A stretch of 64,000 bases of DNA from a virus (taxonomy: Duplodnaviria > Caudoviricetes). Position 1 is the stretch's first letter. Each line of letters opens with the position of its first letter. Under the pieces are notes generated by a model, which saw only the letters and a list, made by a program, of their open reading frames with translations, was not told the DNA's origin and searched no databases. A program made the position numbers and the translations under genes. This document shows positions 8,898 through 17,614 of this stretch, piece by piece. The stretch covers positions 160,001 to 224,000 of IMG/VR virus record IMGVR_UViG_3300021426_000063; one strand, given 5' to 3'.

Positions 8898-9098
8898 TTA
8901 CATTACAGCAACATAATCACCAGTCATAAAGGCAGAATCATAATAGACTCTTTCAATCTCATCTGCAAAGGGGAATCCAGACTTGGGATAGACAGTTGTC
9001 AGAACCATATCCCTCTTTTCATCAATCCCTCTTACTTCAAAGTGGTCGATGTTACTGGAGAAAGTAGGTTTAAATTTAAATCCGATTTTGTACTTCAT
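8898..9098 (-). CDS. Hypothetical early protein
   Basis: ATG at 9098 (MKYKIGFKF) downstream of the host-type promoter. Confidence 0.65.
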   Translation of the reverse strand: MKYKIGFKFKPTFSSNIDHFEVRGIDEKRDMVLTTVYPKSGFPFADEIERVYYDSAFMTGDYVAVM

Positions 9099-9124
9099 AT
9101 TATTTTGTAATTTGTTTTCTATTA

Positions 9125-9156
9125 CAAAGATAATATATTTTTTTGAAATATCCAAA
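9125..9156 (-). promoter_or_regulatory. Bacteroidota sigma-A type promoter (-33 TTTG / -7 TAnnTTTG)
   Basis: Minus strand TTTG (9156-9153), 20-nt spacer, TATCTTTG (9132-9125). Confidence 0.75.
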
Positions 9157-9169
9157 TTTAATTTAATCT

Positions 9170-9177
9170 CATAAATA
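9170..9177 (+). promoter_or_regulatory. CATAAATA putative late promoter (T4 TATAAATA-like)
   Basis: Exact octamer shortly before starts at 9170, 11464, 16096, 16728, 17337, 27754, 32243, 48142, 50542, 51945, 54803, 56833, 60659 on plus and 54820, 56815 on minus. Confidence 0.8.
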
Positions 9178-9202
9178 ATTTATAGTATTAAACTGTATTT
9201 TT

Positions 9203-11458
9203 ATGGATAGATTAGAAAACATCAAAAAGTTTGATGAATATATGAATGTCCTCAATGAAGACCTTATTCATGGTGAACAAAAAGATTGTGATAGAGCATT
9301 CATAAGAAGTACTCCAATAATTGACTTTGGTAATGGTGATAAGGTTAAAGCAATTGAAATTGTCAATGCTGTACATGAAGCAACCAGATTATTGGAAGTT
9401 AATCATGGTAGGACATATGAATTTGCAGAGAATACATTGAACATCATTTATCTTGCACATAGTAATAAGATTAAAACTATGGCAGTTGATAAATATATGA
9501 ATCTTTATATGAATGCAGGTTTCATTTATCATAATTTGAAAATGGACCCAGAACTTATAGGTGCAGTAATTATGCATGAGGCTCTTCATGCTCTTTATGA
9601 CCATATTGACAGAAGTATAAACTGGTTGTCTGCAAAAGGAAAACCAAAGACACCAAGTAATTGGCATGATACTAATCTTGCTGCTGATGTTGAGGTGAAC
9701 AGAACATTAACCCGTATTGGAGTTATAGAAGAAGATAGACTTATTAATGAGATACATGGTTTGTATCTTAAACAGTTGGATAGATCAACTGGTGTTGTAC
9801 CTCTTGAAATGATACTTGATAATGAAGAGTATATGCAGAAATTGAGGGAGATGTGTCCTCCTGATCCAGATCCAACGAAGATGCCTTCTACTCCTGAAAC
9901 TGAAATTGAAACAACAGAAGATTGGGATAATGGATACAAAGATGCCTGGAATAAGGTTGCTGAACTTATTAGAAAGTATGGTGCCAAAGGTGCCTGGGAG
10001 AAACTTATGGATGCTGGTGTTGTGAATGGTGTTGGTGAAATCTATACTAATAAAGAGATAGATGATATTATGGGACTTGAGTTTTTAACTGTCAAGTCTA
10101 TGGAGGATTTTATAAATGAAGACCTTAAAGTTGAACCATCAGATAAAGGAAAAACATATAAAGATGGATTTATGAATGCTTTTGGTAAGTTGGTGAATGC
10201 ACTTTATACATCCATTAATCCACCAGATGATTGGGATGATGAAGGAAGTGATGGTCCAGAACCTTCAGGTGGAAAAAAGTTTAAATCAAAGATGAAGAAG
10301 GATGAACTTGATCCAATTAATTTACCACAACCAAAAGGAAAAAAGAAAAAGAAGAAAGATTCAGATGATGATGGTGTGCCTGAAAATATAAATGGTGGTT
10401 ATGATGATAATGAACTTGAAAATGATATAGACAAGAAGACTAATGGAGGTGAGAATAAGATTACAACAAAACAAGATGTTGAGTTTGGTGGAAGAAAAGG
10501 TGTTGGAGGTACAGGTTCATTCCAGGAGGAAGGTTTGTCAGATGATGAATTGAAGAATTCAGGATATAGCACAGAAGACCTTGAAAAGGTTAATAAGGTA
10601 AGAGAGAATAATAAATTCAAAAATACAAAGGCTGGTATTGAGAAAAAGATTGAAAGGATGAAGAGAAATCTTCCTCCAGGTCATCCTATTAAGAAGACTC
10701 TTGATGCAATTGAAGTTGAGGCCAGTAAGTATAGGAATATCTGGAAAAAGATTCTTAAAGAATTTATGGCCCAGAAAACAAGAAGGGCAGGAACTGATAA
10801 ATCAACTGGACACAATGACTGGATAAGAAAGAAGTCAATTGCCAGGGGAGAATATGGTATACATCATCAGAAGACTGCACAGGATCCACAGGATGTGAAT
10901 ATATATGTTGATGTATCTGGTTCAATGGATGCTGAACTTCTTGAAATCATTGCAAAATCATTGGTCATCTATACACAACAATGGAAATATTCTGGAATAA
11001 ATGTTTGTCCTTGGGCATCTTATAGTGGAGGTGTACATAATGTTGGAGACTTCTATAAGAAAACCGAAGCACAGGTTACAAAGGAAATCCTTGATATTAT
11101 AGATGAAGGTAAATATAAATGTGGTGGAGGTACATCAGGAGATGCTGCCATAGATTCAATGGTTGATTCTGTTGTTGAAACATTGAGTGATTCTAAAAAG
11201 AAGAAGAAAGATGATATCCATGTTGTGATTACTGATGGCTATTTTGATTTTGAAAATATTGAAAACAGAATCAAACAAGCACTTAAATCTGAGATTAATA
11301 GAGATGATGTTGCAGCAAAAGCACCAAAGAATACAATATGGATGATATATAATGACACTGGTGATTTTAGTGAGTCATTTAAAGATGGATGGAATAATGA
11401 GATTAAAGAAGGTAGAATCATTTTTATTAACTCAAATGTAGTTAAGAATAATGGATAA
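9203..11458 (+). CDS. HExxH metallopeptidase-like plus VWA domain protein (DUF2201-like architecture)
   Basis: TMAVD, HEALH, NLAADVEVN; MIDAS DVSGSM, GGGT, VITDGY; acidic/Lys-rich linker. Confidence 0.85.
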   Translation: MDRLENIKKFDEYMNVLNEDLIHGEQKDCDRAFIRSTPIIDFGNGDKVKAIEIVNAVHEATRLLEVNHGRTYEFAENTLNIIYLAHSNKIKTMAVDKYMNLYMNAGFIYHNLKMDPELIGAVIMHEALHALYDHIDRSINWLSAKGKPKTPSNWHDTNLAADVEVNRTLTRIGVIEEDRLINEIHGLYLKQLDRSTGVVPLEMILDNEEYMQKLREMCPPDPDPTKMPSTPETEIETTEDWDNGYKDAWNKVAELIRKYGAKGAWEKLMDAGVVNGVGEIYTNKEIDDIMGLEFLTVKSMEDFINEDLKVEPSDKGKTYKDGFMNAFGKLVNALYTSINPPDDWDDEGSDGPEPSGGKKFKSKMKKDELDPINLPQPKGKKKKKKDSDDDGVPENINGGYDDNELENDIDKKTNGGENKITTKQDVEFGGRKGVGGTGSFQEEGLSDDELKNSGYSTEDLEKVNKVRENNKFKNTKAGIEKKIERMKRNLPPGHPIKKTLDAIEVEASKYRNIWKKILKEFMAQKTRRAGTDKSTGHNDWIRKKSIARGEYGIHHQKTAQDPQDVNIYVDVSGSMDAELLEIIAKSLVIYTQQWKYSGINVCPWASYSGGVHNVGDFYKKTEAQVTKEILDIIDEGKYKCGGGTSGDAAIDSMVDSVVETLSDSKKKKKDDIHVVITDGYFDFENIENRIKQALKSEINRDDVAAKAPKNTIWMIYNDTGDFSESFKDGWNNEIKEGRIIFINSNVVKNNG

Positions 11459-11493
11459 TTAAACATAAATAAACTATATAAAGTATTTGTACT

Positions 11494-13686
11494 ATGAAAA
11501 ATTTAATGAGTAGAAATGAATATCTTCAGAATGTTGAAGAAGGTTTCATCAAAGATACTATTAAGAAAGGATGGGAAAAGGTGAAGTCTTTCTTCAAACT
11601 TGGATATAAGAAGGTTAAGGATTTCATTGCTGTTATTGATGGGGCTGGTAATGTACTTCCAGTTGTTTCATTTTCAGCAACCATTGATAGGATTGCTGAT
11701 ATGACAGGTGTTGATGTATTTGCACCTTCAATGATTTCAGATTTTGTTGTTGAGGCAGGAGGTAATGGTTGTGAAGAGAAAGCGCCATTGATAGAAGATG
11801 ATGAGATTTACAACTATGGACCTAATGGTCGTGAAGAGTTTGCATCTTGGATGAAAGACAAGAAATATAAGGAAGAACCAGAGTATAAGAATATGATGAC
11901 TCTTACCAAGATGATGGCAGAGAGTAATGGTGTATCAGAAGAAGAGTTTAACAAACTCTTTGAAGATTGGGAAGGAGTTAAAAATGCCAGAGTGAAGTTT
12001 GAGGATGATCAAGAATTAAAGGGAGCAAGAAAAATACATGCTGATAAATTTTCACAGATTCTTAATAAGAAATTAAATGACTGGTCTGTCAGGAGAGGTA
12101 AGGGAAGTGTTGAGATTGATGCCAATGGTAGGAGAAGAGAAGGTGGAGTTATGTCAAACATCTTGGTGTTTGGTGCTCCGGGTATTGGTAAATCAACTGT
12201 ACCAAATGCTGTTATTAAAGAGTATAACAGTCGTGTTACAAATCCAGAAGATATGATTTCATTGATTAATATTAACTGTGCAAACATTGATGAAGGTGAT
12301 TTTATGATGCCTACAATGCCAAGAGAAGTTAATATCACAGATGAGATTGAAAATTTCAAGGATGCATTCCCACAGGCAAGTGCTGAACTTGAAAAACTTT
12401 CTCCTGCACAAAAAGAGAAACTTGCAAATGTAATTTATCATAGTAATCAGTTTAAGGCAACAGATGCACCTAAATCCTGGTTACCTTCATATAGAAAGAC
12501 AGGTAATGATTTCATTGATAAACTTCTTAATGATGCCGCCAATGGTGGTGTATATAGTAATGATGATGGTTCAGTGAAAGTTGGTGGTGGTGGTATCATC
12601 CTTCTTGATGAGTTCCTCAGATGTAAACCTGGTGTGTTTGGTCAGTTGATGAACTTTTTGAATGATAGAACACTCAATGGTTGGGTACTTGGTGACAGAT
12701 GGACAATCATTGCTTGCTCTAACAGACCTTGTGATGATGGTGAAGTTGCAGAAGCATGGGGTAACTTCCATATAGCAGGTAAAGATAGATGGGGACATAT
12801 GTATCAATTGATTCCAACAGCAGAAGAATGGAAAGAATGGGTAAGAAGTAAAGGTTGGGATGAACTTCTTCTTGAATTTATTTTTGAAGATAGTGAAGAA
12901 TCAATGGCAGGTAAAGAGTATGCAAGATGGCATAGTGGTGTCTTGAATGGTGCAGAAGCAAGTAGTCAGGTGAAACCTATTACTCCCCGTGAATGGGAAC
13001 GTGTGTTCAGAGAATTGACAGAGTATGAAATTGAAAATGGTTACAGTGATATTTCAGAAATGACTATGGAAGAAATTGATGATATATTGGGTGGTGCTTT
13101 TGATGATGATTTTGTAGAAGAAATTAAGGATTGGTTGGAAGACCACAAGGATAAGATTGACCTTGATAAAGTTATGAATAATCCAGAAGATGTTTATATG
13201 CCAAAACAGTTCATCAATGACCCTGCAAAGGCACTTATACTTATTCAAAGTCTTTATAAGGATTTTGCTAGAAGATATAAAGATGACATTGATGGATTTA
13301 CAGATGAGCAACTTGCTAACATATGCTTATGGTTAGGTATTAATTATAAAGATGATTATCAAAATGTATATGGATTTGTTGATAAACTCACAAAGACTGT
13401 ATTGAAAGATAAATCAGATCATAATATTACTAATTACATAAAGACTATGCAAGTATTGATGGCAGGATATCCTTTGAAAGGTTTTGAAGAAGATGTTGAA
13501 TATGGAGAACAAAATCAAAATTGGCCAGAAGGAAGTCTTGAAATTATCAAAGACCTTATGCGAAAATATTTCCCTTGGAGAATTGATGGTGATAAGATTA
13601 ATTACTTTGATAATTTTGATATGAGTGAAGTTGAAAAATATTCTGCAAAAATCAATACAATTGGTGATAAAGTAGAAACAGAATAA
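11494..13686 (+). CDS. MoxR/AAA_5-like AAA+ ATPase
   Basis: Walker A GAPGIGKS, Walker B IILLDEF, ACSNRP, TPREW; adjacent to its VWA partner. Confidence 0.85.
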   Translation: MKNLMSRNEYLQNVEEGFIKDTIKKGWEKVKSFFKLGYKKVKDFIAVIDGAGNVLPVVSFSATIDRIADMTGVDVFAPSMISDFVVEAGGNGCEEKAPLIEDDEIYNYGPNGREEFASWMKDKKYKEEPEYKNMMTLTKMMAESNGVSEEEFNKLFEDWEGVKNARVKFEDDQELKGARKIHADKFSQILNKKLNDWSVRRGKGSVEIDANGRRREGGVMSNILVFGAPGIGKSTVPNAVIKEYNSRVTNPEDMISLININCANIDEGDFMMPTMPREVNITDEIENFKDAFPQASAELEKLSPAQKEKLANVIYHSNQFKATDAPKSWLPSYRKTGNDFIDKLLNDAANGGVYSNDDGSVKVGGGGIILLDEFLRCKPGVFGQLMNFLNDRTLNGWVLGDRWTIIACSNRPCDDGEVAEAWGNFHIAGKDRWGHMYQLIPTAEEWKEWVRSKGWDELLLEFIFEDSEESMAGKEYARWHSGVLNGAEASSQVKPITPREWERVFRELTEYEIENGYSDISEMTMEEIDDILGGAFDDDFVEEIKDWLEDHKDKIDLDKVMNNPEDVYMPKQFINDPAKALILIQSLYKDFARRYKDDIDGFTDEQLANICLWLGINYKDDYQNVYGFVDKLTKTVLKDKSDHNITNYIKTMQVLMAGYPLKGFEEDVEYGEQNQNWPEGSLEIIKDLMRKYFPWRIDGDKINYFDNFDMSEVEKYSAKINTIGDKVETE

Positions 13687-13690
13687 AAAC

Positions 13691-13722
13691 AAAAAGAGAG
13701 AACCAAACAGTTCTCTCTTTTT
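13691..13722. terminator. Bidirectional intrinsic terminator
   Basis: AAAAAGAGAGAAC-CAAACA-GTTCTCTCTTTTT between convergent genes. Confidence 0.85.
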
Positions 13723-13906
13723 ATTTGTTTTGATCTGTGATGAGTATTTCTGATTCACATATCTTTGTACTCTCACTCAATTCTTTCTGGAATGGTCTGT
13801 CAATATAGATACCAATCTTGAAACCATTACCCACATCCATTTGAATGGGTGTGATATGAATCCTCATATTCTTTTTGAGGAATCTTATGAGTTCATCTTC
13901 ATCCAT
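13721..13906 (-). CDS. Hypothetical protein
   Basis: 61-aa ORF with TAATG overlap to the upstream gene. Confidence 0.6.
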   Translation of the reverse strand: MDEDELIRFLKKNMRIHITPIQMDVGNGFKIGIYIDRPFQKELSESTKICESEILITDQNK

Positions 13907-14295
13907 TAGTCACCAAAATCTATTTCATAGATAGTATCTTCCTTACCAATCTCCCAGAACTTGAATGTTCCACACTTGGTATAATGGTAAGCTTTCATAC
14001 TGATTTCACCATTCTTCTTTGCCTCTTTGAGCAAAGGGAACACCTTGTTACTGTATTTCTGTGAATAAGATCCTTCTATGATGTCATACCCAACAATATA
14101 TGCATCTGCTTCAACAGTAACAGTTTCTTTTCTTAATTTATTATACTGTTGTATAAAGTGAATCTTAACAGGTAGGTTCTCTATCTGTTTGTGTTCTTCA
14201 ATGTAATCTTTCTTCAACTGGGTAAGTTCCCGTTTGAGTTGAATCATCTGTGCTGTCTTCTTTGTATGAAGATCAATATATTCTTCTCTTGTCAT
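13906..14295 (-). CDS. Hypothetical early protein
   Basis: 129-aa ORF immediately after a host-type promoter. Confidence 0.7.
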   Translation of the reverse strand: MTREEYIDLHTKKTAQMIQLKRELTQLKKDYIEEHKQIENLPVKIHFIQQYNKLRKETVTVEADAYIVGYDIIEGSYSQKYSNKVFPLLKEAKKNGEISMKAYHYTKCGTFKFWEIGKEDTIYEIDFGD

Positions 14296-14302
14296 ACTAC
14301 TA

Positions 14303-14334
14303 CAAATATAATGAAAATAATTTGCTTATCCAAA
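14303..14334 (-). promoter_or_regulatory. Bacteroidota sigma-A type promoter
   Basis: TTTG (14334-14331), 20-nt spacer, TATATTTG (14310-14303). Confidence 0.75.
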
Positions 14335-14339
14335 TAATT

Positions 14340-15473
14340 TTAGATAAGCATTGCATCAAACTCATCATCAGAGAAACATTTTTCTATCTCATCAATATTG
14401 AAAAGGTTCTTCTTCTGAAGGTCATTGACATCTTTTATTGTTTCCTTGGTATTGATTGTTTTGAGATATTGTCCCCATAGGAACACAGGTTTGTGTTCTT
14501 TGAGTTTCTTCAATGATTTCTCTCTTCCAGTCTTGTCATTGTCAAACAGATATCTCACAGTCTCCACCTCATCAAAGAATCCATCCAGATGCTTGGCAGC
14601 ACTCTGTAAGGCAATGGAGTTCGCTATCGCAAGTGAATCAATAGGACCCTCCATAATGGTGAGAGGTTGACTCATATTGACATTCATAATATTGAAAAGA
14701 CCGGACAGTCTGTCAAGATTGGCCACAATGTTCTCAATACCATCCTCTTCATCAATGTACTTCTGACCAAGTGGTTCTTTAAGTAGAAGTCTTTCTACAA
14801 TACCATTGATGTCCTTGTTGAACACATCTGAATATATCTTTGTCAATCTACTTGACATATATCTCTGCTTATTGGATTTAGGATCCAGTTGTCTTATCTG
14901 ATAACCTATCACCCTATCAGATGGAGATATGTTCAGGATATAGAGTTCCATTGTTGAAGGATTGTATGCAAAGTACTTCCAATCCTGGATACCAATCATC
15001 CTTGATTTGAGATAGTTTGATACTTCCTGGTTCTTATAAGGAGAGATGATTCCCAGTTGTTTGAAGAGTATCATCTTTGGTATTGCCAGTTTATCAAGGA
15101 GAGTCATTGACATTGATGCCTGGTTTCCTGATACTTTCCTCTCAAACTTCTTTGCATTCTGTTGGATTTCATGGATAACAACCCTATCATCAATGGACAG
15201 TTCTTCACCAAAGTCTGAAAGAAGTCTATTTACACCAGTAGAGTGTGAGCAATTGAAACAATGATACCTGAGAGAATCAAGATAAAGGTTTCCTCTCTTC
15301 TTTCTTACATCAGTTCTGCTATCATTGCAGTAGACACAAGCAAAGTTAAGTCTATCATGATAGACATCAATCTTTCTTTTGATATAACTATCATTTGCAA
15401 ACTTCTTATTTAATATGTTCTGAATTTTACCTTTGATATTTTCAATGGTTGTATTCTCTGAATCTGTCATCAT
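14340..15473 (-). CDS. DNA primase, T4 gp61-like
   Basis: Zn finger NFACVYCNDS...YHCFNC, GYQIR, Toprim IMEGPIDS, FDND, KDVND; likely start is MMTDSE at 15473. Confidence 0.88.
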   Translation of the reverse strand: MMTDSENTTIENIKGKIQNILNKKFANDSYIKRKIDVYHDRLNFACVYCNDSRTDVRKKRGNLYLDSLRYHCFNCSHSTGVNRLLSDFGEELSIDDRVVIHEIQQNAKKFERKVSGNQASMSMTLLDKLAIPKMILFKQLGIISPYKNQEVSNYLKSRMIGIQDWKYFAYNPSTMELYILNISPSDRVIGYQIRQLDPKSNKQRYMSSRLTKIYSDVFNKDINGIVERLLLKEPLGQKYIDEEDGIENIVANLDRLSGLFNIMNVNMSQPLTIMEGPIDSLAIANSIALQSAAKHLDGFFDEVETVRYLFDNDKTGREKSLKKLKEHKPVFLWGQYLKTINTKETIKDVNDLQKKNLFNIDEIEKCFSDDEFDAMLI

Positions 15474-15708
15474 AAACTGAATCATAAATGTCCTGGAGAC
15501 TAAACTGACCATACTTGGAATGAAGTTCAGACATCATTCCATCTTCTTTCTCTTTGATTGATTTCAAGGTTTTTTCAAGTTCAATGACCTTATCTTGAAT
15601 CTCTTCTGCTTTCTTTTGATATACAAACAGTTCTTCAGAGACATTCCTGTACTCTTCAACAATGTCTCTGATTTCTTTTGATTCCTGTTCTGTGAAGTTA
15701 ATCTTCAT
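15442..15708 (-). CDS. Coiled-coil hypothetical protein
   Basis: 88 aa, E/K-rich heptads, in an operon between GroES and primase. Confidence 0.7.
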   Translation of the reverse strand: MKINFTEQESKEIRDIVEEYRNVSEELFVYQKKAEEIQDKVIELEKTLKSIKEKEDGMMSELHSKYGQFSLQDIYDSVYDDRFREYNH

Positions 15709-15970
15709 CTTTTACAATCTTTGCAAAAACAAATCCTTCCTTTATACAATCATATTTTACACCATCTATCTTGATTGGTGTTGACCTGCCAATAGGTTTT
15801 ACAATGATGTCACCTTCTTTGAGTATTGAACCATCATATACTTTCAACACCCTGGCAAATCTGTTGTATTGTTCATCTGGTATATATAAACCAGATTTAG
15901 TTATATTCTCATTCTTTATGTCCTGGATGAGTATATAACCATTCTTCATTTCTATTGGTATGTTATTCAT
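15698..15970 (-). CDS. GroES/Cpn10-like co-chaperonin
   Basis: Mobile loop ITKSGLYIP, LKEGDIIV, IKIDGVKY. Confidence 0.8.
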   Translation of the reverse strand: MNNIPIEMKNGYILIQDIKNENITKSGLYIPDEQYNRFARVLKVYDGSILKEGDIIVKPIGRSTPIKIDGVKYDCIKEGFVFAKIVKDED

Positions 15971-16126
15971 ATTGTAAATATAACAAAAGACAATAACTTC
16001 TAAAAAAACATAATTTATTAATTGAAAAATATGTATTGAAAGTCCTAATATATTAGATATGTTGTTTTATAAAGATACTTATTTGTACTATTGTACATAA
16101 ATATTATATAAAAAAGTAAAGTTTAT

Positions 16127-16669
16127 ATGAATTATTATATAGCATTGGAGATGGTAGGATATTCATCTGTGAGTAGTTTCTTGAGTAGTCTTGGTGAAAA
16201 ACCAACATATGGTACTTGTGAAGATTTTTCAGATCCTTTTAATAGTTATACACCTGATAGCCAATTTCACAGTAGAAATACTGGTTCTAGTACTGGTCAA
16301 TGGTATCCATCTCCAAAATCCTATAGTGGAACAACATATGCATTATATAGAATTGATGGATATGAATTAGATAATTTTGATATAGGAACTCTTGCTGCCC
16401 GAGATGATATTCATAGTTCTCTTTGGTTATATGTGAATGATAGTGGTGCAAGTGGTGATCAGATAGTATATCTCAATAAATATGTTGCACCAACTTTAAC
16501 ATCTATATCAATTAAGATTGGAGGTTCATATGTGTCATCAAGTACAAGTATAAAGGTAGGTGAACAAAAGGAAATACAAATAATTGGAAATTACAGTAAT
16601 GGTGAGACTAGGAATATCACTACTTCTGCATCATTGACACGTAGTAATACAAATATAAGTATTGTATAA
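16127..16669 (+). CDS. Small virion-type protein A: unique N-domain plus N-terminal half of a Big_2 Ig domain
   Basis: C-terminus PTLTSISIKIGG...IKVGEQKEIQIIGNYSNGETRNITTSASLTRSNTNISIV*; own CATAAATA and terminator. Confidence 0.75.
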   Translation: MNYYIALEMVGYSSVSSFLSSLGEKPTYGTCEDFSDPFNSYTPDSQFHSRNTGSSTGQWYPSPKSYSGTTYALYRIDGYELDNFDIGTLAARDDIHSSLWLYVNDSGASGDQIVYLNKYVAPTLTSISIKIGGSYVSSSTSIKVGEQKEIQIIGNYSNGETRNITTSASLTRSNTNISIV

Positions 16670-16672
16670 ATT

Positions 16673-16702
16673 AAGGACTTCTTTTTAGAAGTCTTTTTTT
16701 TT
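16673..16702 (+). terminator. Intrinsic terminator
   Basis: AAGGACTTCT-TTTT-AGAAGTCTT plus T tract. Confidence 0.85.
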
Positions 16703-16767
16703 ATCCAGAAAATTCCAAATGATATTGCATAAATAACATATATTTAATAATTAGATTGTTTAGAGTT

Positions 16768-17274
16768 ATGGCAGCAGGAAGTGTTATTTGTGTTGAATCA
16801 AGTACAAGTTATATAAATACATTCAGAAATTCATATGGCAGTAATTTGACAGTGTATAATGGTGATGCTATAATTTATAATGTACCTACTAATGAATGGA
16901 TAAAAATTAAAACATTTAATAATAAATATTATGCTTGTGCTTATGTTGGTAGATTTGTAGGATCTTCAGCAAATTTAAATGTTATAAATTCTGGGTCTAA
17001 TACACCTAAAAAATGGGTATATGATACAAGTACAAGTATAGTTGACCCAGATTTTCAGGGAGGTATGACAATTACAGCATATTTATTAAAAGAATATGTC
17101 CCTGCTGTTACATCTATTTCAGTTACAGTAGGAGGTTCATCTGGAAGTACATCAGTTAAGGTAGATGAGCAAAAGGAGATTGTGGTTACAGCAAATTATG
17201 ATGATGGTTCTACTTCTACTGTAACACATAGTGCAACATTGACACCTAGTAATTCAAATATAAGTATTGTATAA
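16768..17274 (+). CDS. Small virion-type protein B: different N-domain plus the same Big_2 N-half
   Basis: C-terminus PAVTSISVTVGG...VKVDEQKEIVVTANYDDGSTSTVTHSATLTPSNSNISIV*; ATG at 16768; own CATAAATA and terminator. Confidence 0.75.
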   Translation: MAAGSVICVESSTSYINTFRNSYGSNLTVYNGDAIIYNVPTNEWIKIKTFNNKYYACAYVGRFVGSSANLNVINSGSNTPKKWVYDTSTSIVDPDFQGGMTITAYLLKEYVPAVTSISVTVGGSSGSTSVKVDEQKEIVVTANYDDGSTSTVTHSATLTPSNSNISIV

Positions 17275-17296
17275 AAATCTTAATTATAATATATAT

Positions 17297-17330
17297 AAAT
17301 GACCTGTCTTATTTGACTGGTCATTTTTTT
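17297..17330 (+). terminator. Intrinsic terminator
   Basis: AAATGACCTGTC-TTATTT-GACTGGTCATTT stem (one mismatch) plus T tract, followed by CATAAATA. Confidence 0.75.
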
Positions 17331-17375
17331 ATTTCCCATAAATAACTTATATGAAAATAACATAAGTATATAGAT

Positions 17376-17597
17376 ATGGAAAATGACATTCAAACAATTT
17401 CCTATATCAATTTGGGAGATGGTCAGGAACACCCAATAGATGCTGTTTCAGTTGGTGGAAAACTTGGTGAAAATATCCAGGTGACCAATAATCTTGTTAC
17501 ATCTGTGAATTCAAGTTCATCAGATACACAATATCCATCTGCAAAATGTGTATATACATTGATAGGTGATATAGAAACTCTTTTGAGTAATATTTAA
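17376..17597 (+). CDS. Small fibre-associated protein
   Basis: 73 aa with a YPSAKCVY...IGDIETLL pattern I associate with phage fibre proteins; same late unit as the giant fibre. Confidence 0.6.
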   Translation: MENDIQTISYINLGDGQEHPIDAVSVGGKLGENIQVTNNLVTSVNSSSSDTQYPSAKCVYTLIGDIETLLSNI

Positions 17598-17614
17598 AAA
17601 AAATGATTTAATTT

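Larger units (their letters stand above)
16627..17275 (+). repeat. 44-bp near-identical 3' ends of genes A and B (16627-16670 and 17232-17275)
   Basis: tgca[t/a]cattgacac[g/c]tagtaat[a/t]caaatataagtattgtataaa, 41/44 identical including the stop codon. Confidence 0.85.

Noticed and set aside
16670-17614. Intron or ribosomal bypass joining gene A or B to the fibre
   Set aside because: The intervening DNA holds terminators, promoters and intact ORFs, and I see no group I/II intron core.
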